Source: Eledone cirrhosa
Lineage: Eukaryota
DNA length: 64,000 nt
Direction: 5' to 3'
Assembly (NCBI GenBank): GCA_964016885.1
Contig: OZ024757.1
Location: 26,908,001 to 26,972,000 of the forward strand
Shown here: positions 45,246 through 57,216 of the stretch, one piece after another
Position numbering within the stretch: position 1 is the stretch's first letter
Layout: the number at the start of each line of letters is the position of its first letter
The notes under the pieces: model-generated
The model's input: the letters and a program-made list of their open reading frames with translations, nothing else
The model's database searches: none
Told to the model about the DNA's origin: nothing
Translations under genes and position numbers: made by a program

Positions 45246-45957
45246 ATTTAAAGAAATATTTTAAAATGGTTATGATGATGATGACAATGAGGATAATGTT
45301 GGGGATATTGATAAGGATGATGATGATGATGTAAAAAAAAAAAAAAAACAGGAAATGCCCAGAATTTCTCAAAAGTTATGTATGGAACATTTCCAACTTC
45401 CACTGGAATCTCCAATTGTATTCACCTTGTTGGAGAAAATTTCAACTATGAGATAATGCATTAATCTCAAAATCAGGGTGGTGGATTGTGAGAATCGGCA
45501 GAGCGTTGGACAAAATGCTTTGTGGTATTTTGTTATGACTTACTGTGTTCTGAGTTCAAATCCCGTCTTTCATACTTCCAGGGTCGATAAAGTAAAATAC
45601 TAGTCAAATGCTGGGGGTTAATATAATAGACTTTCACCTTCCACTAAATTGCTGGCTTTGTGCTTATACTAGAAATCATTTAAAGTAATTGTTCAATCAT
45701 GATGATGATGATGATGACTCTGCAGACATATGGTTACATCTCTTTACATTCCGAGTTCAAATCCCACTGAGGCTAGCTTTGTCTCTCATCCTTTCGGGGT
45801 CGATAAAATAAGGTACCAGTAATGAACTGGGTTGATTTAATCAACTTCCCCTCCCCAAAAATTGTTGGCCTTATGTCTAAATCAGAAACCATCATTAAAA
45901 TGTCCTGTCCATTTCATGCCAGCATGGAAAATCTGGCTTAAAAAACGATGATGATGA

Positions 45958-46023
<66 letters not shown>

Positions 46024-46108
46024 AAAAGGTAAACAGAAATAACAACACAATAGGTACAGTATATGGAAGGGATATATTAGGTTAAAGCTTGATATAGCAG
46101 GAAGAGGG

Positions 46109-46144
46109 TCTTAACGTTTCGGACGGTAGTCTTTAATCAGAAGA
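46109..46144 (-). ncRNA. Minimal hammerhead motif with a mutated core (probably inactive)
   Basis: Minus strand TCTT-CTGATTA-A-AGAC-tacc-GTCC-GAAA-CG-TT-AAGA, with G8 replaced by U. Homologous to 20112-20147. Confidence 0.55.
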
Positions 46145-46378
46145 AAGAATGAGAAATAAGATAGATTAAGGGGACGGGCGGGTTGGAATTGGAAAAAATA
46201 TCTTTAGATAAATATATATCAAGTGAGAATGGAAATAACATGGAAGTATATTTAAAGAATCTTTTTTTCTACTTTAATCCAACAAAGTGTTATTTTTGAA
46301 GAAAGGAGGAAACATTTAAAAAATAAAAAAGGATTTTATAAAACATACATGATTTGTATAGAACTTTACCTCCTTTTC

Positions 46379-46415
<37 letters not shown>

Positions 46416-46417
<2 letters not shown>

Positions 46418-46590
46418 GAAGGAAATGTGGTAAGGAACCGGGTGGACCATAGCGCACCAAAGTACTCAATACTTAGGGTAGTAGAGTGGGTAATAGGAAC
46501 AAGTAAGACCCCGGCGGCTGAGCTCAAGCCGTTTCGACGGCTAATTCGAAACGGCTTGAGCTCAGCCGCCGGGGTCTTACTTGTTCCTAC
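46416..46590. mobile_element. Foldback element copy with collapsed central hairpin
   Basis: Same arms as 30537-31008; the centre is reduced to GTTTCGACGGCTAATTCGAAAC. Confidence 0.75.
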
Positions 46591-47476
46591 ATATATATAT
46601 ATGATGATGATTTCCTTTCAATGAAACAGTTCTAGTCTTGTAGAAGCTATTTCTATATTAAATTTTGTTGTGTTCACTCTACTAATGTATTGAGTACCTT
46701 ACTTACTTTGAACCCGGGATTCATATATATATATATATATATTACTTCAAAATATTAATAAATATAGACATTCATGTGATCAAATATTGTTAAACTCTTA
46801 AATATATATGATAAAGCAAGTTCATGTCAAAATGGAGAGCAATCAAGATAATAAATACAGAGTTAATTTAAATATTTATTACACTCTTAGTATCATTATA
46901 AATCTATTTTATTATGAGTTTCAAGTACACTTAAGCTGGTTGAATGCACTCAACTAGCTTGAGTGTATTTGAAACGAATAGTAACAGGGTCTGACAATGA
47001 TTCTGATTGTAAAACAAATATACTAAATACACACCAATAAAAAAAGGACCTTCAACGCTGCTGCTGAAGATGACTTAAACATACAATAAACTCACTGTTT
47101 GGATTGGGAAAATATTTTTCTTCTTTCTTCTTCTTCATACAAATTGTCGGCGGTATTTGTTCTGACTCTTTATGTTCAGAGTTCAAATCCCACCTAGGTT
47201 CACTTTGTCCTTCATCCATCCGAGGTAGATAAAACAAAGTACCAGTAAAGTACTAGGGTCGGGAAAATTTGACTGCCCCGCCTCCGCCAATACAATCACA
47301 CACACACACATATACACACACAGGGTGTCCCCCAAAAATGTATATACACTTTGATTACCTGTACAGGCAATATTTATTAGAATGCTGTTGAAGTATGTAT
47401 ACTATTTTTGGGGACATCCTATTTATATATATATATATACACACACACACACCCGCATAATATATATATATATATA

Positions 47477-47542
<66 letters not shown>

Positions 47543-47705
47543 CTGGCTCTGTACCTATGTTAGAGACAATTAAAATGAAAACACAAGAGTTGCTTCCCTT
47601 GTAAAATTTCCGATATTGTAAACTAAAATGTAAGTTGAGGGTTTTGACTTATGATTTGTTTGCCTCGCCAGTTTCTTCTAATCACCCGTATCCAATATAT
47701 ATCTA

Positions 47706-48180
47706 AACTACAACAGCAGTAGCCGCAACACCAACAACAACAACAACTACAACACCAACAACAACAACATCAGCAACAACACCACACCAACAACAACACC
47801 ACAACAACAACAGTAGCATCACCAACAACTACAACACCAACAACAACAACAACAACACCAACAACAACAACACCAACAACAGTAGCAACACCACCAACTA
47901 CACCACCACCACCAACAACAACAACAGCAACAGCAGCAGCAGCAGCAGCAACAACAACAGCAACAATAACAACATCAACTACAACAACAACAGTAGCAAC
48001 AACAACAACACCAACAACAACAACAACAGTAGCAACACCAACAACTACAACACCAACAACAACAACAACAACAACACCAACAACTACAACAGCAGCAACA
48101 ACAACAACAACACCACCAACACCAACACCTACAACACCAACAACACCACCAACACCAACACCTACAACACCAACAACACC

Positions 48181-48217
<37 letters not shown>

Positions 48218-50580
48218 CCAACAACTACAACAGCAGCAACAACAACAACACCACCACCAACACCAACAACTACAACAACACCAACAACAACAACTACAAC
48301 AACAACAGTAGCAACAACAACAACAACACCAACAACAACAACAGTAGCAACACCAACAACTACAACACCACCAACAACAACAACAACAACACCACCACCA
48401 ACACCTACAACACCAACAACAACAACTACAACAACAACAGTAGCAACACCAACAACTACAACACCAACAACTACAACACCAACAACACCAACAACAGTAG
48501 CCGCAACACCAACACCAACAACAACAACACCACCAACAACAGCAACACCAACAACTACAACACCACCAACAACAGCAACACCAACAACTACAACACCAAC
48601 AACACCAACAACAACAACACCACCAACAACAGCAACACCAACAACAACAACTACAACACCAACAACAGCAACTACAACACCAACAACAACAACTACAACA
48701 ACAGCAGCAACACCAACAACTACAACACCAACAACAACAACACCAACAACAACAACACCACCAACAGCAACACCAACAACAACTACAACACCAACAACAA
48801 CAACACCAACAACAACACCACCAACAACAACACCACCAACAACAGCAACACCAACAACTACAACACCAACAACACCAACAACACCAACACCACCAACAAC
48901 AGCAACACCAACAACAACAACTACAACACCAACAACAGCAACTACAACAACAACAACTACAACAACAGCAGCAACACCAACAACTACAACACCAACAACA
49001 ACAACACCACCAACAGCAACACCAACAACAACTACAACACCAACAACAACAACACCACCAACAGCAACACCAACAACAACAACACCACCAACAACAGCAA
49101 CACCAACAACAGCAACACCAACAACACCAACAACACCACCAACAACAACACCACCAACAACAGCAACACCAACAACAACTACAACACCAACAACAGCAAC
49201 TACAACACCAACAACAACAACTACAACAACAGCAGCAACACCAACAACTACAACACCAACAACAACAACACCACCAACAGCAACACCAACAACAACTACA
49301 ACACCAACAACAACAACACCACCAACAGCAACACCAACAACAACAACACCACCAACAACAGCAACACCAACAACAGCAACACCAACAACACCAACAACAC
49401 CACCAACAACAACACCACCAACAACAGCAACACCAACAACAACTACAACACCAACAACAGCAACTACAACACCAACAACAACAACTACAACAACAGCAGC
49501 AACACCAACAACTACAACACCAACAACAACAACACCACCAACAGCAACACCAACAACAACAACACCACCAACAACAGCAACACCAACAACAGCAACACCA
49601 ACAACACCAACAACACCACCAACAACAACACCACCAACAACAGCAACACCAACAACAACTACAACACCAACAACAGCAACTACAACACCAACAACAACAA
49701 CTACAACAACAGCAGCAACACCAACAACTACAACACCAACAACAACAACACCACCAACAGCAACACCAACAACAACAACACCACCAACAACAGCAACACC
49801 AACAGCAACACCAACAACAACAACACCACCAACAACAGCAACACCAACAACAGCAACACCAACAACAACAACACCACCAACAACAGCAACACCAACAACA
49901 GCAACACCAACAACTACAACACCAACAACAACAACACCACCAACAGCAACACCAACAACAACAACACCACCAACAACAGCAACACCAACAACAGCAACAC
50001 CAACAACACCAACAACACCACCAACAACAACACCACCAACAACAGCAACACCAACAACAACTACAACACCAACAACAGCAACTACAACACCAACAACAAC
50101 AACTACAACAACAGCAGCAACACCAACAACTACAACACCAACAACAACAACACCACCAACAGCAACACCAACAACAACAACACCACCAACAACAACAACA
50201 CCACCAACAGCAACACCAACAACAACAACACCACCAACAACAGCAACACCAACAACAGCAACACCAACAACAACAACACCACCAACAACAGCAACACCAA
50301 CAACAGCAACACCAACAACTACAACACCAACAACAACAACACCACCAACAGCAACACCAACAACAACAACACCACCAACAACAGCAACACCAACAACAGC
50401 AACACCAACAACACCAACAACACCACCAACAACAACACCACCAACAACAGCAACACCAACAACAACTACAACACCAACAACAGCAACTACAACACCAACA
50501 ACAACAACTACAACAACAGCAGCAACACCAACAACTACAACACCAACAACAACAACACCACCAACAGCAACAACAACAAA
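47706..50580. repeat. About 2.9-kb (CAA/CAC/CAG/CTA)n trinucleotide array with higher-order duplication
   Basis: Seen directly; blocks of a few hundred bp recur. Confidence 0.95.
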
Positions 50581-50600
50581 CTGAAAGAAATGTCACTTAC

Positions 50601-50780
50601 CCTGATCAGTTTAACTGCTGGTTCCATAAACGATGTAGGTAAGCTGTAGCTTTGGTGAACAATCTTACTACAGAGGTTCACTCTGTCGAGTAAGGTTTGC
50701 ATGAATGGCGGCCGGTGTGGGAGCAAGGCGAACTCACGTGGGTTGGTGGATACAGTGTTGACCGTGTACATAGTCTGTAC
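50601..50780 (-). CDS. Candidate internal coding exon of an unidentified host gene (180 nt, phase 0/0)
   Basis: An island of unique, GC-balanced sequence between microsatellites, with acceptor CTAG| and strong donor AGG|GTAAGT. Only one frame is open: VQTMYTVNTVSTNPREFALLPHRPPFMQTLLDRVNLCSKIVHQSYSLPTSFMEPAVKLIR. The polypyrimidine tract is weak. Confidence 0.5.
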
Positions 50781-50798
50781 CTAGATTTCACATTTGTA

Positions 50799-50839
<41 letters not shown>

Positions 50840-50917
50840 TCTGGGCCCTGTTCGGGGTATATGGCAAGCCGGGAAGGAGAAACAGAAAAAGAGACAGTGA
50901 GTGATAGTGTGAGTGAA

Positions 50918-50976
<59 letters not shown>

Positions 50977-51660
50977 AGTAGTGAGTAAGGAAGAGAGTGA
51001 GAGGAGAGAGTAGTTGTGTGTGAGAGAGAGAGAGGAGAGAGAGAATAGTAGTGTGAGAGAGAGAGAGTGAGAAAATAGTAGTGTGAGAGAGAGAGAGAGT
51101 GAGAAAATAGTAGTGGGTGAGAGAGAGAGAGAAAGAGTGAGAAAATAGTAGTGTGTGAGAGAGAGTGAGAAAATAGTAGTGTGTGTGTGTGAGATAGAGA
51201 GAGAGAGAGTGAGAGAATAGTAGTGGGTGAGAGAGAGAGAAAGGAACAAGAGAGAAGAGAGAGATTAATAGTGAATGGGGAAGAGAAATAGAATAGAGTT
51301 GAGTGAATGAGTGAGAGAGGGAGAGAGAACATAGTAGTGAGTAAGTAAGAAAGAGGGAGAGAATTGAATTGAGAGTAAGATAGATAGATAGAAAGAGAGA
51401 GAGAGGATAGATAGATAAATAGAGAGAGAATAGAATTTAGTGAATGAACCAGATAGATAGATAGAGAGAGAGAAAGAGAGAGAGAATAGAATTAATGTGA
51501 AGCCTTATTAGTATCATAATTGACTATATTACATTAAAAATTATAATATTTAGTCTTATACTAGAAATTTTCACAACAATCAGTTCACAAGTAAAGATAC
51601 TATAAACGTATGAATTAACAAACCTGATTTTAGACAGTTTCTGCTCAGTCATTGTATGTC

Positions 51661-51894
51661 TTAACCCTTTAGCATTTAAACCGGCCATATCTGGCCAGAA
51701 TTCTCTCACTTTTTTTCTGTTCAAACCGGCTATAACAGGCCACTCATACTAATGTTAAGGTATTGTTCTCAGAATAAATAATATCAAAATCTCATAGATT
51801 CGATATTATGTGAGATAATTATGTAAGATAAAGCCTTTACCACAAAAATACGATAGTATATGTAGAGTAATGTAAATAAATGCTAAAGGGTTAA
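51661..51894. mobile_element. piggyBac-like MITE, complete copy
   Basis: TTAA-CCCTTTAGCATTTA ... TAAATGCTAAAGGG-TTAA: TTAA TSD and CCC/GGG termini, as in the piggyBac superfamily. Confidence 0.85.
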
Positions 51895-51924
51895 GCCAGA
51901 AGGCTCGTTAGGCCGGTGTGTATA

Positions 51925-52260
51925 TAATAATGAAATTATTATATACAGTGCTCAGGTGCACTGCAACTCATCAAAGGTGCATGTATAGTACATAGAATAA
52001 TTGTTTCTACTTTAGGCACAAGGCCAGCAATTACCCAGTGCATTATTGGTACTTTATTTTATCGACCCCGTAAGGATGAAAGGCAAAGTCAACCTCGGCG
52101 GGATTTGAACTCAGATCGTAAAGGGACGTAACTATGCTGGAAAGCATGGCGTCCGACTCTCTACTGATACTGCCAATCATAGAATAATGTACTAAGGTCA
52201 GGAAAGTGAACAGTGTATGAGTCATGATATACACACAGATACATGTGTGCGTGTGTTTGG
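51925..52260 (-). mobile_element. CR1-like 3' UTR interrupted by SINE A with an 11-bp TSD
   Basis: CATAGAATAAT is duplicated at 51991-52001 and 52178-52188; the flanks match 40150-40430. Confidence 0.75.
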
Positions 52261-52549
52261 AGGAGGAATAAAAAAAATACCAGTCACACACTGGGGTCGA
52301 TTTAATCAACTTTCCCGTCCCCCCAAATTGCTAGCCTTGTGCCTATATAGGAAACCATTATTCATAAAGTTGACAAGGACTTGGGGATGTAACAATTAAA
52401 ATCGTTTTTTTTTTTTGTTGCTATAGTGGGGGTGAAAGATTGAAATGCCAGAGGGATGCCCTGAAACCCCTGAAAGTGTTGGTACCAAGGTATAGGTTAA
52501 TATGACCCTCCCTGGGTAGTTGGTGACACATGGGGAGTTTGTGTAGAGA

Positions 52550-55500
52550 GATGATGATGATGAGAAGGAGGGGGGGCGACAGTGATGATGACAATGATGG
52601 CTACGATGATGATGATAATGGTAATGATGATGGTGATGATGATAGTGATGATGATGATGGTGATGATGATAGTGATGGTGATAATGATGATGATGGTGAT
52701 GATGATGATGGTGATGATGATAGTGATGATGGTGATGGTGATAATGGTGATAGTGGTGGTGATGGTGATAATGGTGATAGTGGTGGTGATGATGATAATG
52801 ATGATGATGGTAGTGGCGATGATGATGATGCTAAGGAGGAGGAGGACGCCGATGATGAAGAGGCTGTGAAAGTGTCAGGCAGATGTGTTATCATTGTTGG
52901 GGGTGGTGATGGACGTAGTAGTAGTGGTGGTGGTGGTGGTAGTGGTGGTAGTGGTGTTGTAGATGGTAGTGGTAGTGATGTAGGTGGTGGTAGTGGTAGT
53001 GGTGTAGGTGGTGGTAGTGATGGTGGTAGTGGTAGTGGTGTAGGTGGTGGTAGTGATGGTGGTGTTGTTGGTGGTAGTGGTAGTGGTGTAGGTGGTGGTA
53101 GTGATGGTGGTGTTGTTGGTGGTAGTGGTAGTGGTGTAGGTGGTGGTAGTGATGGTGGTAGTGGTAGTGGTGTAGGTGGTGGTAGTGATGGTGGTGTTGT
53201 TGGTGGTAGTGGTAGTGGTGTAGGTGGTGGTCGTGATGGTGGTAGTGGTAGTGGTGTAGGTGGTGGTAGTGATGGTGGTAGTGGTAGTGGTGTAGGTGGT
53301 GGTAGTGATGGTGGTGTTGTTGGTGGTAGTGGTAGTGGTGTAGGTGGTGGTAGTGATGGTGGTGTTGTTGGTGGTAGTGGTAGGGGTGTAGGTGGTGGTA
53401 GTGATGGTGGTGTAGGTGGTGGTAGTGGTAGGGGTGTAGGTGGTGGTAGTGATGGTGGTGTTGGTGGTAGTGGTAGTGGTGTAGGTGGTGGTAGTGATGG
53501 TGGTGTTGTTGGTGGTAGTGGTAGGGGTGTAGGTGGTGGTAGTGATGGTGGTGTTGGTGGTAGTGGTAGTGGTGTAGGTGGTGGTAGTGATGGTGGTGTT
53601 GTTGGTGGTAGTGGTAGTGATGTAGGTGGTGGTAGTGATGGTGGTGTAGGTAGTGGTAGTGGTGTAGGTGGTGGTAGTGATGGTGGTGTTGTTGGTGGTA
53701 GTGGTAGTGTTGTTGGTGGTAGTGATGGTGGTGGAAGAGAAAGGTGACAAGAAAAGAAACAAAAACAAAGAAAAGAACACACACAACACCAATCATGGAA
53801 GTATAACATTGTAAAAGAGAGCAAAACTGTTAGAAATTGCTTAAAAAAAGTGAAGGGTGGATATTAAAATAACAATAATAACTGTAATAATAATAATAAT
53901 GATGATGATGATGATGATGATGGTAGTGGTGGTGGTGGTGATGATGATGATGATGGTTGTGGTGGTGGTGTTGGTGTTGGTGGTGGTGATGATAATGATG
54001 ATTTATGATGGTGATGGTGATGATGATGTCAGTAATAATTATTAGATAGCAATAGAAGAAGAGAGAAGAAGGAGAAGAAGAAAAAGAAGAAGTTGAAGAA
54101 GAAGAAGAAGAAGAAGAAGAAGAAGAAGAAGAAGAAGAAGAAGAGAGCAGATAAAGAACAGAGGAATAATAATAAGAAGAGAAAGAAGAAGAAGAGGAAG
54201 AGAAGAAGAAAAAGAAAAGAAGAAGAGAGAAAAAGTTATGAAGAAGAAGAAGATGAAGAAAAAGAAGAGAGCAGAAAAAGAACAGAGGAATAATAATAAG
54301 AAGAGGAAGAAGAAAAGAAGAAGAGAGAAGAAGTTATGAAGAAGAAGAAGAAGAAGAAGAAGAAGAAGAGAGCAGAAAAAGAACAGAGGAATAATAATAA
54401 GAAGAGAAAGAAGAAGAAGAGGAAGAAAAAGAAGAGAAGAAGAGAGAAGAAGTTATGAAGAAGAAGAAGAAAAAGAAGAAAAAGAACAGAGGAATAATAA
54501 TAAGAAGAGAAAGAAGAAGAAGAGGAAGAAAAAGAGGAGAAGACGAGAGAAGAAGTTATGAAGAAGAAGAAGAAAAAGAAGAAGAAGAAGAAAGGCAATG
54601 AAAGGGAGGAAGGAAAGAAGTTGTGTGTTTGGGAATGTTCCAGAAAATTATTCACAGCAAGGGCGTGTGTCATTATGGTTTTGTTTTATTCCATGATAAA
54701 GTTTGGTAAAGATGAAAGACTGCCACTGATGGTGCCAATGGTGGTGTAGTGGTAGTGGTGGTGGTGGTGGTGGTAGTGCTGGTGGTGGTGTAGTGGTAGT
54801 GGTGGTGGTGGTGTTGTAGTTGTGGTGCTAGTGGTGGTGGTGGTGATGGTGGTGTTGTAGTGGTGGTGGTGGTGGTGGTGGTGTAGTGGTGGTGGTGGTG
54901 GTGGTGGTGTTGTAGTGGTAGTGGTGGTGGTGTTGTAGTAGTGGTGCTAGTGGTGGTGGCGGTGTTGTAGTGGCGGTAGTGGTGGTGGTGGTGGTGGTGT
55001 TGTAGTGGTGGTGGTGATGGTGCTAGTGGTGGTGGTGGTGTTGTAGTGGCGGTAGTGGTGGTGGTGGTGGTGTTGTAGTGGTGGTGGTGATGGTGGTGTT
55101 GTAGTGGTGGTGGTGATGGTGGTGTTGTAGTGGTGGTGGTGGTGGTGGTAGTGGTGGTGGTGGTGGTGTTGTAGTAGTGGTGCTAGTGGTGGTGGTGGTG
55201 TTGTAGTGGCGGTAGTGGTGGTGGTGGTGGTGTTGTGGTGGTGGTGTTGTAGTTGTGGTGCTAGTGGTGGTGGTGGTGTTGTAGTGGTGGTGGTGGTGGT
55301 GTTGTAGTGGTAGTGGTGGTGTTGTAGTGGTGGTGGTGGTGATGTTGTAGTGGTGGTGGTGGTGTTGTAGTGGTAGTGGTGGTGTTGTAGTGGTAGTAGT
55401 AGTGGTGGTGGTGGTAGTGGTGGTGTTGTAGTGGTAGTTGTGGTGGTGGTGGTGGTGGTAGTAATAGTAGAAGCAGTGGTGGTAGTTGATATTGTTGTAG

Positions 55501-55610
55501 TGGTAGTAGTGGTGGTGGTAGTTGTTGTTGTTATGGTAATTGTTGTAGTGGTGTTGGTGGTGGTGGTAGATGTTGTAGTTGTTGTAATAGTAGTAGTAGC
55601 AGTAGTGGTG
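52550..55610. repeat. Series of trinucleotide low-complexity arrays: (GAT)n, (GGT/AGT)n, (GAA)n, (GGT/TGT/AGT)n
   Basis: Seen directly in the sequence. Confidence 0.93.
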
Positions 55611-55776
55611 CTGCTGCAACATCTCGCTGTCATACCAACTGTAGAAATATTAATTTAAATATGGTTGTTGTTGTTATTGTCTTTAGCTGTACATTGATGT
55701 TATAGAAGATAAAATGTACAGACGTGTGTGTGTGTGTGTCTAGACATGTATGTGTATAAACATGTATATATGTATT

Positions 55777-55816
<40 letters not shown>

Positions 55817-56097
55817 CAAATATGTATAAAGATATATATATATATATATATACATATATGTATAAAGATATATATATATATATGTATATACATATATGTA
55901 TAAAGATATGTATATATATGTATATACATATATGTATAAAGATATATATATATACATATATGTATAAAGATATATATATATATATATACATATATGTATA
56001 AAGATATATATATATATATATATACATATATGTATAAAGATATATATATATATATACATATATGTATAAAGATATATATATATATATAAATGTATAA

Positions 56098-56156
<59 letters not shown>

Positions 56157-56445
56157 AATGTATAAAGATATATATATATATATATATACATAAATGTATA
56201 AAGTTATATATATATATATTATATATATGTATAAAGATATATAAAGATATATATATATATATATATATAAATATATATATGCATATAGTTGTTCATTGAT
56301 AGTTTGAAAGATAAACGACTTATTCATGTTGTACATGTCTGTGTAAGTGTCTGTACATGTACAAATATAAATATATATGGCATGTATGTATGTGTATTTA
56401 CATTTGTATATATATTTTTGCATATATATATATATGTGTGTGTGT

Positions 56446-56500
<55 letters not shown>

Positions 56501-56744
56501 CATAAGGAATGGATACTGTGTATGCTTTGTATTTAATCTTATCTTATATTTAGCCTAGCCTGGAGGCCCTAAACCCTACTTTATTTCTGTTCCTTAATTT
56601 TCCAGGCCCTTTTAACTTATCTCCTTATTTTATCTTTTGATGGTGGAGTATATATTTCATCCTATGCAATCCCAGTTCACAGTACTTATATTTGCTCATC
56701 CATTAATATATATATATATATAGATGTGTGTGTGAATGAATATG

Positions 56745-57065
56745 TGCGGAGTAAGGTTAAAAGTTTTGTGGGTTACCAGGAACCTCTCCTCGCCACAGTC
56801 AAGAGGAGGAAACTGGTATGGTTTGGGCATGTCACATGACATGACAGCCTGTGCAAGACCATCATGCATGACACCATTGAAGGGGGATGCAGGAGGGGGA
56901 CGCCAACGAAAAAACTGTTTGGTCAATGTCAAAGAATGGGCATAAATGATGACACCAGATTTTTTGCCGGCCACCGTTTATAGACTATTTTGAGTGTGTG
57001 CTGCTTCTGCAATAGCATCCACCCTGACGACTACAGAAGTCAAGGGACTGATGATGATGATGATA
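56745..57065 (+). mobile_element. RTE-clade LINE 3' end with (GAT)n tail
   Basis: Frameshifted WYGL/GHV...GGGRQRK..L.NVKEW motifs, then GTCAAGGGAC-TGATGATGA. A related minus-strand piece lies at 16370-16570. Confidence 0.65.
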
Positions 57066-57216
57066 TATATATATATATATATATCATCATCATCATCATC
57101 ATTCTACATATATATATATATATATATATATATGTAGAATGATGATGATATATATATATATATATATATATATCATCATCACCGTTTTACGTCCGTTCTT
57201 CCATGCTAGCATGGGT

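Noticed and set aside
47975-50596. 873-aa Cys/Trp-rich ORF
   Set aside because: Antisense reading of a (CAA/CAC/CAG)n array; no signal peptide or domain structure.
52530-53747. 405-aa Asp- then Gly/Ser-rich ORF resembling a structural or biomineral protein
   Set aside because: Entirely GAT/GGT/AGT triplets, with open frames on both strands, no signal peptide and other trinucleotide arrays nearby.
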